Made by a program: the position numbers and the translations under genes. A stretch of 64,000 nt of DNA. It comes from a virus. Below, piece by piece: positions 45,966 to 54,067 of the stretch. Positions within the stretch are counted from its first letter, which is position 1, and each line of letters starts with the position of its first letter. The stretch spans positions 10,194 through 74,193 of the IMG/VR virus record IMGVR_UViG_3300043411_000952, one strand, 5' to 3'. The notes below the pieces were generated by a model. That model searched no databases. It had not been told where the DNA came from and was given only the letters and a program-made list of their open reading frames with translations.

Positions 45966-46955
45966 ATGACTCAAGATCCATCATTAACTCAGCTTTATAA
46001 GGCGATGGATCCTGCCGTAAAGGGTAAGATCAAGCATAAGATTCATGATCTTGCTACTTCTGACGGGCAGACAATAACAATGCCTGACCCTCTTTCTCCT
46101 TATAAGCAGGACACTATGGAGATGAGTCCACTACAATGGATGTCTACTTATGACGATAAGTTTAAAAGTCAGAATCCAGAGTATGCAGCATTAAACGCAT
46201 ACTATCATCCGCATCAAAGTAATCGGTCCTTTGGGTATGCTATGGGGGATAAGCTTAACCGTTTGTATAAAGGTTATGGTCCTGCTATTGGTGAAATATT
46301 AAACAAAGGACCACTCGCCGGGGGACTATTATCTATGGCTCCCGGGATGCTATTGGGAGCGGTAGGATCCGGGGCATTAAATATGCTTACAGGTAAAGCT
46401 ATGACCTCCGATATGCTAAGGAACGCCTTAATAGGCGGCTTAGCCACCGGCTCGTTAGGAGCGTACAGTGGGTACCTACGCAAATACAAACCCCAATGGG
46501 ACGCGCCTGAGGCAGAGCCAGAAAAATGGGCTCCAGATGAACTTAAAAATTTTAATACCAATGCCAAGGCTAGAGTTCTAGCCGCTCTCAGCAAGCAAGG
46601 TGCTCAGACCAAATCAGCGGCTATGGGTTCTGCGGAAGCTCAAGCTAGAGTAGTGCAGTTAATTCAAGCAGCCCCTGGTATGTCTTTTACAGAAAAAAGC
46701 CAGCTCATAGCAGGCGTATCCCAACTATCCAGCGGTGAAGTTTCGCAATTATCTAATTCACTAATAGGTATGGGCGGTGCTGCTGTAGGTGCTGTCGTAG
46801 CTAGATTTTTAATGAATAAAGGTTTGATTGGTACTGTATTAGGCGCTATTTTTGGTGGTACTGTTGCCAGGTCTTTATTCGGCTCAGCTGTTCCACGGAA
46901 CGATCTAGGTCAACCATCTTTTCAAGGAAGAACTCTATTAGGACAATATCTTTAA
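45966..46955 (+). CDS. Putative virion-internal protein with Gly-rich hydrophobic segments
   Basis: 329 aa, glycine-zipper-like helices. Confidence 0.6.
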   Translation: MTQDPSLTQLYKAMDPAVKGKIKHKIHDLATSDGQTITMPDPLSPYKQDTMEMSPLQWMSTYDDKFKSQNPEYAALNAYYHPHQSNRSFGYAMGDKLNRLYKGYGPAIGEILNKGPLAGGLLSMAPGMLLGAVGSGALNMLTGKAMTSDMLRNALIGGLATGSLGAYSGYLRKYKPQWDAPEAEPEKWAPDELKNFNTNAKARVLAALSKQGAQTKSAAMGSAEAQARVVQLIQAAPGMSFTEKSQLIAGVSQLSSGEVSQLSNSLIGMGGAAVGAVVARFLMNKGLIGTVLGAIFGGTVARSLFGSAVPRNDLGQPSFQGRTLLGQYL

Positions 46956-46956
46956 C

Positions 46957-47604
46957 ATGAATGATTCATCATTTTTTAATTTAGGCGCTAAGCTAGCTTC
47001 CGCCGCATTAGGTCGGGATCCGCAAAGTCTTGTAACTATATCTGGATTAGTTTCTACTATCGATAATCCTAAGGAGGCAAACTATGGTTTTGCGCAGAAG
47101 TTTGTATGCAAAGTTGCAGCAGATGCTTTTGCAGAAGCAGGACGTAAATCTGAACTAGAGTTTCATATTTTTGAAAAGCTTGCGCATACGCCAGTTTGGT
47201 ATGCAGAGTTTGACGCATACTCTGATGCTGCGCTGATGGCGATAGGCAAAATAGCAGCCGAGAATGAGCAGCAAATCAAAGAGGCTTCTTCCGAGGAAAT
47301 AGTTAAACAGGCGAATAACCTTTTGCCGAATTTGGTTTCCATGGCAGGCAAATCTACACCAGATATCGTTAAGAGTATTGCTACAGCGGGTGCTGTTGGT
47401 GGCGGTATTACTGGCGGATTATACTGGCTTCTTAATAGGCACTCGCAGGAAGACGAAGATGAGGCCGAAGTTGTTAAAGCCAAAATCGATTATTATAATA
47501 AGATTTCAGACGAAATTAAAAGACAGCTTGGTACTAAAAAGCTTGCGCCTTCCCAGATTGCGGCTCAAGTACAAGAGATAGCAGCTAGAGAAAACCTATT
47601 TTAA
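46957..47604 (+). CDS. Putative virion-internal protein
   Basis: Multiple K-x-A motifs and one Gly-rich hydrophobic helix. Confidence 0.6.
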   Translation: MNDSSFFNLGAKLASAALGRDPQSLVTISGLVSTIDNPKEANYGFAQKFVCKVAADAFAEAGRKSELEFHIFEKLAHTPVWYAEFDAYSDAALMAIGKIAAENEQQIKEASSEEIVKQANNLLPNLVSMAGKSTPDIVKSIATAGAVGGGITGGLYWLLNRHSQEDEDEAEVVKAKIDYYNKISDEIKRQLGTKKLAPSQIAAQVQEIAARENLF

Positions 47605-47610
47605 TTTCTT

Positions 47611-48045
47611 ATGATAAGTGCAGATGAGTTACAATCCATGATGGATCCAGGAGCGGCGGTTAGCGTGGATGCTAGCAAAATCTTGCCTATGTTCGCCTCC
47701 CCGGAAACACAAACAGCAGACGGGAATGACACAGCCGCTGATTCTGGATTTGAAGAAAATAAGGATCCTAAAGGAAAGTCAATTTGGATAAATACTCCTA
47801 CCTTTGAAGATCAGTATAAACGCTTTCCTGAGACTACAAGAATGGTAGGTCCCGTCGTAGCTGTGTACGATGCAGCCAACACAGAACAACTTAAAGAATT
47901 AAATGCTCTACTCGCGAAGCAACAACCAGAAGATGCTCCTTCTATTCTTATCGCCAGCCGAAAAGAAAATTTCCATGAAGGAAAATGGTTGATGCTTTTG
48001 GAATATTTTAGAGTAGAATACAAGCAACTTATTACCACTTCTTAA
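47611..48045 (+). CDS. Hypothetical protein
   Basis: 144 aa ORF in operon. Confidence 0.65.
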   Translation: MISADELQSMMDPGAAVSVDASKILPMFASPETQTADGNDTAADSGFEENKDPKGKSIWINTPTFEDQYKRFPETTRMVGPVVAVYDAANTEQLKELNALLAKQQPEDAPSILIASRKENFHEGKWLMLLEYFRVEYKQLITTS

Positions 48046-48046
48046 A

Positions 48047-49423
48047 ATGGAAAAGATAGCCTTAACTCCTCGTAGTAAAGAATTAATTAAAAATTACCTC
48101 ATTGGCGGTGCTGCTATTGGTGGCTCTGGTGCTTTACTGACTTCATTGGTTAATTATATTAATACACTGAAACAACAAGTACCTGCTGATGCTGAAAAAG
48201 AAGATGATGACACTCTTTATTTAAATGTAGGTAAGACTGCTAATGAGAGTTCAGGCGCTATGGATTTCACTGCTGGTGGTCTGGCCTTGACTGGTGGTTT
48301 ATTGTCTACCCTTGGTACTTATGCTTTAGTAAGAAAGCTTTATCAGAACGTTAAGCGTAAACAACTACAGGAGCAGTTGGATCACGCGCAGCAGTCGTTT
48401 ATTGAAAATGCTAATATGGAAGCGCAAGCTAAGAATGCTGCCGCTGCTCCCGGCGAGCCTATGGGTTTAACAGAGCTCGGCTGGTCTGCGCCTGTTGCCT
48501 TTGCGTTACTCAGCGCTATAGCCGCTGGCGCTTTAACTAACAAGGCTTTAGATAAGACCTTTCCAAGTATTAAGAAACCTAAAGATACAGCACCTAAACG
48601 TATTGTTGTGCGTAAGACTCCTGAAAAGGAACCAGCTGCGGAAGAAGAGAAGCTGGCCTACGATAAGGTAGCAGCATCAGAGCAAGCAGATGACGCTTTA
48701 GAATTCTTGGTCCACCTTTGCATGGGCAGTAAATCCGCTTCTCAATCTGAGTTAGTTGATATTGTGCATGCGGTTGCAGAAGGTAGAGGTCCTGACTTAA
48801 CTACACATATCCTTGAGTATGGTTTTGAATCTGCTATGGACACTATTAAAGGTGCTTCAGATTCCAGCCTTACACCAGTGCAGAAACAGTGCGCTATTGG
48901 TTATTGTGTCAAAAGCGCAGCATTAAACCCTATTGTGTCTTTGCTGGCAGCAGCGGAGTACATGGATATGGCTCCTAAATTCACCAAGATAGCTAGCTTA
49001 CAGACTGAAGAGTGCGTGGATACACTCCTTAAAATTGCTGGCACCATTGGTGCTTTGAATAGGAGTGAGACAGCCGGTGGACTTACGAATGGTTTAGAGA
49101 CCAGTGATACTGCTAATGAATTGTCCCTGGAAGATATACTGGCTTTGATCAATAAGATTAAAGGACAAGGGCTAGCGGATGGAGAACAAGTGGATGGCGA
49201 GCATCTGTCTGAAAATGATGACATTGAGCAAAATGAGGATTTTAATACGGAAGACAGTATTGACTCTGGTGAGGAGAAACATACTAATGACCGTAAACCT
49301 CTTGCTACCGGAGCTGCCACGCCAGATGTGATTGACGAATTATCTGAAGATGATGACTTGATTGATCAGGCAATGTCTGCTCCTGTTACTCCTGCCAAAG
49401 CAGTAGCGGCAGAAAACAAATGA
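48047..49423 (+). CDS. Putative virion-internal protein
   Basis: 458 aa; three hydrophobic Gly/Ala helices; about 9 K-x-A motifs; acidic tail. Confidence 0.6.
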   Translation: MEKIALTPRSKELIKNYLIGGAAIGGSGALLTSLVNYINTLKQQVPADAEKEDDDTLYLNVGKTANESSGAMDFTAGGLALTGGLLSTLGTYALVRKLYQNVKRKQLQEQLDHAQQSFIENANMEAQAKNAAAAPGEPMGLTELGWSAPVAFALLSAIAAGALTNKALDKTFPSIKKPKDTAPKRIVVRKTPEKEPAAEEEKLAYDKVAASEQADDALEFLVHLCMGSKSASQSELVDIVHAVAEGRGPDLTTHILEYGFESAMDTIKGASDSSLTPVQKQCAIGYCVKSAALNPIVSLLAAAEYMDMAPKFTKIASLQTEECVDTLLKIAGTIGALNRSETAGGLTNGLETSDTANELSLEDILALINKIKGQGLADGEQVDGEHLSENDDIEQNEDFNTEDSIDSGEEKHTNDRKPLATGAATPDVIDELSEDDDLIDQAMSAPVTPAKAVAAENK

Positions 49424-49890
49424 GTGTACCTCGAAATAAAACATCAGCGTCCAAGCTTATAGCGTTAATAAATAAGAGCGCAAAGGTTGGGCGTTATAAG
49501 GTATCCCCTAAAGAAGCCAGGACTTACAACGGTATTGTCTTTGATTCTAAATGGGAGGCTGAGACATATAAGTTACTACTTACTTTATTACCTGAAGGTG
49601 TAAAGATTCATAAGCAGGTTAATTTCCTTTTACAGGAAAAGTTCAAGGACTCTAATGGTAAGGCTGTACGGGAGATTAATTACCTAGCCGATTTTGTAAT
49701 TACCCGGGAGGAGGAGTTACAGGCTAATGTAATTCCTGAGGATGCCTTTGTTATTGATTCCAAAGGACACCTTACTGATATATTTAAAATAAAGAATAAG
49801 CTGTTCATGTATAAATACAGAGCCCTTATTCATCAGGTTAAATCTGCTAAAGATGTAGCAGTTGTTGTTGATTTATATAAGGCGCAATAG
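49420..49890 (+). CDS. DUF1064-like PD-(D/E)xK nuclease
   Basis: GIVFDSKWEA, QVNF.LQ, Y.ADF, IDSKG..T..F.IK.KLF. Confidence 0.8.
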   Translation: MSVPRNKTSASKLIALINKSAKVGRYKVSPKEARTYNGIVFDSKWEAETYKLLLTLLPEGVKIHKQVNFLLQEKFKDSNGKAVREINYLADFVITREEELQANVIPEDAFVIDSKGHLTDIFKIKNKLFMYKYRALIHQVKSAKDVAVVVDLYKAQ

Positions 49891-49900
49891 GGTATCCCCT

Positions 49901-49920
49901 TGTGCTATATATAATTGTAG
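49901..49920 (+). promoter_or_regulatory. Phage promoter motif copy 5
   Basis: TGTGCTATATATAATTGTAG. Confidence 0.78.
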
Positions 49921-50205
49921 CGGATAGCAGTATCTAATACATTTAGTTAAAATTTATACCACACATGGGACCAGATCAGGTCCAGGTGAAATTCCTTGAA
50001 ATACGTGCATACCCTAGTTGCCCTGGTCCAGGCAAGCAAGTATGTAAATAAGTTCAAGATGAAAACGCGTGGGTGTAAGTCCCACCACCTGGTAAGCGAG
50101 ATAAAAAAATTGGAGCAATCCAAGCCCATAAGAGGGCCGCGAAGTCAACATCTAACGAGATGCTCTGCAACCAATTCAGCCGAAAGGCAAACACGATAGG
50201 GTAGT
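49921..50205 (+). ncRNA. Putative structured RNA with tRNA-like acceptor/T-arm domain
   Basis: CCAGGTG 49982-49988 pairs with CACCTGG 50086-50092, directly after GTGGG-TGTAAGT-CCCAC; nested helices inside. Confidence 0.6.
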
Positions 50206-50237
50206 TGAAAACAACAAAACCAAACAAAATAAAGTAT

Positions 50238-50465
50238 ATGAGTACTAAAGTCGGAACCATACACACGCCCAACACAAAAAAAGGCGGATACCCGTATTAC
50301 GGGAATCCTGTAAACCTTTACCTTGGGGAAGGTGACCCAGCGGGCATGTGTCACGCTTGTGAAGAACCAGCTGAATTAGGGTTGCCAGAAAGCCACCCGA
50401 CAATCCGCCGCCCAGATCTGGGCGGCGGATTCTACATGGCGGCTCTTTTCCCAATCCCCGCATAA
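50238..50465 (+). CDS. Small hypothetical protein
   Basis: ATG after an AC-rich leader; CHAC; terminator follows. Confidence 0.55.
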   Translation: MSTKVGTIHTPNTKKGGYPYYGNPVNLYLGEGDPAGMCHACEEPAELGLPESHPTIRRPDLGGGFYMAALFPIPA

Positions 50466-50470
50466 GAAAG

Positions 50471-50511
50471 AAAGGGGGTGTGGCTTTGCTGCATCTCCCT
50501 TTTTTACCTAT
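50471..50511 (+). terminator. Terminator ending in TTTTTACCTAT
   Basis: AGGGGGTGTGGC / GCTGCATCTCCCT plus T run. Confidence 0.75.
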
Positions 50512-50539
50512 CATTTACACAGGCAATAGGTATAGCCCA

Positions 50540-50559
50540 CGGGTTATATATAATTGTAA
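50540..50559 (+). promoter_or_regulatory. Phage promoter motif copy 6
   Basis: CGGGTTATATATAATTGTAA (5' end diverged). Confidence 0.7.
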
Positions 50560-50601
50560 GCCCCCACTATAGCTGTTGGGGTAAAAAATAAATACAAAAT
50601 C

Positions 50602-51081
50602 ATGAAGACAATATATGCGTCGTTTACTCGCTTGTTGGCCGATCTTCGGCACGGCAATGTTACACTGCAAGAACTGGAAGGAGCTGATGCTTTCTTCGCC
50701 TTCGGATGCTCATATGGGCATGCACACCATCCAGAGGTCCCCATCGGAATAAACAATGACATCCTCAGTAATGAGGTGTCGTGGATGTGGCCTAGTGGTG
50801 TCCGCAACATCGCCTCGCCAGAGGGCTTCAAAGCACACACGCGCCTAATGGAGATCGTTGACCAGGCGGACGAAGAGTCCCGAGTTTTCTGGTTTATGGA
50901 TGAGCGCCTAGAAGGTGTCCCAACTCGTCTCAACATGTGCGGCCCCGCATTCCGCGAGAAGCTGCAACAGTTCATGGGCTGCGAGATTCCGGTTGAGCTG
51001 GAGGCATGGCAAAGTGGCGCTCCAAGTCTCGGAGAGCTGATAACAAAGGCCTGCTTGGATCTTAAGGTTCATGGTGCTTAG
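50602..51081 (+). CDS. Hypothetical protein (accessory cassette)
   Basis: 159 aa GC-richer ORF behind promoter motif. Confidence 0.7.
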   Translation: MKTIYASFTRLLADLRHGNVTLQELEGADAFFAFGCSYGHAHHPEVPIGINNDILSNEVSWMWPSGVRNIASPEGFKAHTRLMEIVDQADEESRVFWFMDERLEGVPTRLNMCGPAFREKLQQFMGCEIPVELEAWQSGAPSLGELITKACLDLKVHGA

Positions 51082-51160
51082 TGGTAATCAGAAAAATATG
51101 TGCTACCAATAGTGGCGCATATTTTTTATATATCCTTATGCATGTAATACGCGTAGTATG

Positions 51161-51180
51161 TGTGTTATATAAATTTGTAC
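51161..51180 (+). promoter_or_regulatory. Phage promoter motif copy 7
   Basis: TGTGTTATATAAATTTGTAC. Confidence 0.8.
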
Positions 51181-51224
51181 GGATAGCAATATCTGTTAAC
51201 AAACCAAGAGAAATAATACATCCT

Positions 51225-51494
51225 ATGAATAAAAACAAAGACATGAAGACATTCCTCTTGCGGCGAGCAAAAGGTTTAGACACTGGCTGGGTCACTGGCC
51301 TGCATGAACAACTGCGGTTGAGGTTACAGGAGAGATGCGCGCCGCCGCGTGACTTCTGTAGCGCTGCGTTTAGTTACAGCAGCGCCTTCGCGTCGCCAGG
51401 TTGGGTATCCAGGGAAGCAGTTGCCCGAGCAGCGGCTAAGGCTGCTAAGCCGAGAAACGTGTTGGGGAAAGAACTCCCCAGCCTCTGCTGCTAA
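51225..51494 (+). CDS. Small basic hypothetical protein
   Basis: ATG 45 nt after the promoter motif. Confidence 0.45.
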   Translation: MNKNKDMKTFLLRRAKGLDTGWVTGLHEQLRLRLQERCAPPRDFCSAAFSYSSAFASPGWVSREAVARAAAKAAKPRNVLGKELPSLCC

Positions 51495-51587
51495 CGCAGT
51501 AAACAAACACAGGTGGCACATGTGTTGTTGTTTGGTTCATGGCCTAGACCCGCGTCGTAGCCACCACGGCGCGGGTCACTTTCCTTT

Positions 51588-51944
51588 TTATTTATTGAAA
51601 ACTTGTTTGTATGCCTGGTTGTGCGTTAATTTGTTTTTGGTAATGAGATCGCACATTTGAGCAATATTTTTCAATGAGAGTTCTGGATTATGAATTTCTC
51701 CATGGCAGTTGTGGCATACCAAAGCGCACTTGCTAAGCTCTTCTTCAGCGCCACGCAGAGACAATGTAATCAGATAAGTTCCTGACAGCCTTGTAACTTT
51801 ATCTCTTATGTGGTGAAAAGCTAAACTCGAAATATTCTTTTTGTATCCGCATATCACGCACTTACCTCCTGCCTTTTTTATGAGACCGTACTTCCTTGTT
51901 AGTCTCATTACTCTATTTCTTTTTGAAGATGAGGGACTAGGCAT
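51588..51944 (-). CDS. Free-standing HNH endonuclease
   Basis: GGKCVICGYKKN..SLAFHH ... ELSKCALVCHNCHGEIH; ATG 51944 follows TTGCCG-N16-TATATT on the - strand. Confidence 0.82.
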   Translation of the reverse strand: MPSPSSSKRNRVMRLTRKYGLIKKAGGKCVICGYKKNISSLAFHHIRDKVTRLSGTYLITLSLRGAEEELSKCALVCHNCHGEIHNPELSLKNIAQMCDLITKNKLTHNQAYKQVFNK

Positions 51945-52091
51945 GATGTAATATACGGTAAGTGGCGTAGGCGGCAAGCCATCTTCAGAGCGTATCGTTT
52001 GCGTTCTTTGACCTCGAGTGAGGTTGACATGCATTTATCAAATAAACTCTTGCGCTAAGAGGGATATTGGTTAATGCATGGAATTCTCTTT

Positions 52092-52166
52092 ACCCGGTTC
52101 GTTCAAAGGATAGGACAGAGCTCTTCTAAAGCTTTAATAGGGGTTCGATTCCCTTACCGGGTACCA
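52092..52166 (+). tRNA. tRNA-Arg(TCT)
   Basis: ACCCGGT/ACCGGGT acceptor, GAGCT-CTTCTAA-AGCTT anticodon arm, GGTTCGATTCC, encoded CCA. Confidence 0.93.
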
Positions 52167-52190
52167 GTTCTTTGACATTATTTAATTTTC

Positions 52191-52265
52191 AGGGGTATAG
52201 CTCAGCGGTAGAGCGGCATCTTGATAAGGTGCATGTCGTAGGTTCAAATCCTACTATCCCTACCA
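52191..52265 (+). tRNA. tRNA-Ile(GAT)
   Basis: AGGGGTA/TATCCCT acceptor, GCATC-TTGATAA-GGTGC, GGTTCAAATCC, CCA. Confidence 0.93.
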
Positions 52266-52288
52266 ATTTTCGGCTCGTAGCTCAATGG

Positions 52289-52852
52289 TTAGAGCAGGGA
52301 ACTTAAAGCGTCAGTATCTAAGTTCATGTAAGGGTAGTGTTTCTCGGCGTGACAGTTAGCACATAATAACTCGCATTTCTCCATTTCTTCTTCCAGCCTT
52401 TTTAAACTGGTGTTGGATAGCGCTCTGGAGTCTATCGAGAATTTTTTTGTTTTACTATCTTGGTGGTGAAAGTGTAACGCAGCTAAATTTTTTTTGTAGC
52501 CGCAGCAATAGCACGCACCGCCTAGTAGTTTTATAAAAGCTAATTTTCTCGTTAACGCGCGCCCTTGTTGGTATGCATAATTGTTTGTTTCTGTTGCGCC
52601 AGTGCAAGATTTGGATTTGGATTTGCATGTTTTTGAACAGAATTTCACGGCGTTACCTTTCAAGTAGGCAGTACATATTTCGCATTTCGCGTTATTGTGT
52701 TCTTTACTTTTGGGTGCGTGTAGTTTTATTCTGTTGCCTTCTCCAAATGGGCTGCAGGTTAGGCAGTATTTTCTATTGCCGAAATTCCTGCACTTTCCAT
52801 TTATATGCACTTGAGTTTTAAATTCGGTTCCGCAGAGATTACATTTTTTCAT
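52289..52852 (-). CDS. Intron-encoded HNH homing endonuclease, antisense to the intron
   Basis: N-terminal Cys pairs; GGACYCCGYKKNLAALHFHH ... EMEKCELLCANCHAEKH. Confidence 0.85.
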   Translation of the reverse strand: MKKCNLCGTEFKTQVHINGKCRNFGNRKYCLTCSPFGEGNRIKLHAPKSKEHNNAKCEICTAYLKGNAVKFCSKTCKSKSKSCTGATETNNYAYQQGRALTRKLAFIKLLGGACYCCGYKKNLAALHFHHQDSKTKKFSIDSRALSNTSLKRLEEEMEKCELLCANCHAEKHYPYMNLDTDALSSLL

Positions 52853-53127
52853 ACCTTATAATATACATGAATATGATATTAGCGCAAGGGTCACTTATGA
52901 AGTAATTCATACTTGCATGTCGTCAAATTCGGTGGAGGCTTCTTTAATAAGATGTTAATACCGAGCCAAGCTTTTTAACGTCTTGTATGTTAAAAAGAAG
53001 GTGTAGAGACTTGATGGCGACTTCCCCACTTCAATTTAATGAAAGGGAAAAGGTAAAGTCCAAGACTCAAACTGAAAAGTGTTGAAAAACAATACTTACG
53101 TAAAGTGTTGATAATCAACGAGTTAAG
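52304..53127 (+). mobile_element. Group I intron (IC3-like core), 824 nt, inserted after U33
   Basis: Exon ends in U, intron ends in G; core elements AAATTCGGTGGAGG, AATACCGAGCCAAGC, GAAGGTGTAGAGACT, AAGGTAAAGTCC. Confidence 0.88.
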
Positions 53128-53196
53128 CATAATTCCTTGGTTGGGGGTTCGAATCCCTCCGGGCCGACTACTTTCGTTAGATAAACAAAACACAGA

Positions 53197-53616
53197 ATGA
53201 ATGTAACAAAATTAGTTGATCCCAATTGTGTCAGTCGTATGAACGTGAGTGACCTCACGGGTGCGTTAATTTACTGTCACTCTCCTTATAATGATCTAGA
53301 GGTTGAAGGTTCATATTCTGAAGATCCTGAAACAATGTTTTATGTAGGACTTGAGACTGATGACAATTGTCTAGCTGATCATCTCAGTATAAACGATTGG
53401 CTCTCCTCCATACCTGAATTTTCTAACAGTTCAAAGTATGAATTTGATTTTGGCGTGGCAGAATGTCTACATACTGTCAGAGTTAGAGTAGGCCCCAGTC
53501 TGGCGACTGCTGCTGAAATTGAAGTCGCTTTAAATTTCATTAAGGATGTGCTGACTAAGTATACTAATTCTCTTGGTATTCCTTTGTCCTACTCTATTGA
53601 TGATTCTTTACTTTAA
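53197..53616 (+). CDS. Hypothetical protein
   Basis: 139 aa acidic ORF. Confidence 0.6.
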   Translation: MNVTKLVDPNCVSRMNVSDLTGALIYCHSPYNDLEVEGSYSEDPETMFYVGLETDDNCLADHLSINDWLSSIPEFSNSSKYEFDFGVAECLHTVRVRVGPSLATAAEIEVALNFIKDVLTKYTNSLGIPLSYSIDDSLL

Positions 53617-53620
53617 CAAT

Positions 53621-53840
53621 TTGTCTTACGTGTATGAGGTAAGTCCTAAACACGAAAGCTGGTGAGGAACGGGTTAATATACGTCAGCCTCAGCCTAGCC
53701 AAGACAGCTAATTTGCCTATCGTGCCTGTGCTGGCCGATACCGATACCATGACGAGCGTAGTCCTCTGGACCGACATGCGGTAGAAGTGTAATAGAGCAC
53801 AAACCCGAGGGCTCCCAGGGAACTCTTACAGCGATAGGCA
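53621..53840 (+). ncRNA. Two adjacent self-closing structured RNAs (53622-53706 and 53714-53840)
   Basis: Closing stems TGTCTT/AAGACA and TGCCTATCG/CGATAGGCA with internal hairpins; each preceded by AATTT. Confidence 0.5.
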
Positions 53841-53849
53841 TTAATTTTT

Positions 53850-53972
53850 GCATGTGTGAACGAGCGGTTAAAGTTTGACACTAGGAAGAGCGGAAGGGTC
53901 CGGAGAGCTAGTACTCCATACATTTCGATGTTACCCTACCACCCGCAGGTTCGAATCCTGCCGCGCTCGCCA
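53850..53972 (+). other. Atypical or degenerate tRNA-like element
   Basis: GCAGG-TTCGAAT-CCTGC T-arm, CGCGCTC-G-CCA end, D-loop-like AACGAGCGGTTAAAGTT; no canonical anticodon arm. Confidence 0.55.
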
Positions 53973-54067
53973 ATTTCCCGGTGGTATCATACCTAGCACT
54001 AATTCAGCTAGTGAGTTTTTATATTGAACATGGAATAGTATTGAAGCCAAACACAACAGACATTAAC

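Larger units (their letters stand above)
52271..53167 (+). tRNA. Intron-containing tRNA(CAT), probably Ile2; exons 52271-52303 and 53128-53167
   Basis: Joined exons give CGGCTCG/CGGGCCG acceptor, GGGAA-CTCATAA-TTCCT anticodon arm, GGTTCGAATCC; no encoded CCA. Confidence 0.88.

Noticed and set aside
52271-53167. Initiator tRNA-fMet
   Set aside because: C1-G72 is paired and the anticodon stem lacks the three G-C pairs next to the loop
53621-53706. Hammerhead ribozyme
   Set aside because: Has ATGAG and GAAA, but no CUGANGA core in the correct junction
53850-53972. tmRNA or a canonical tRNA
   Set aside because: No Ala-type acceptor (GGGG...CCACCA with G3-U70), no tag ORF, and no properly paired anticodon arm
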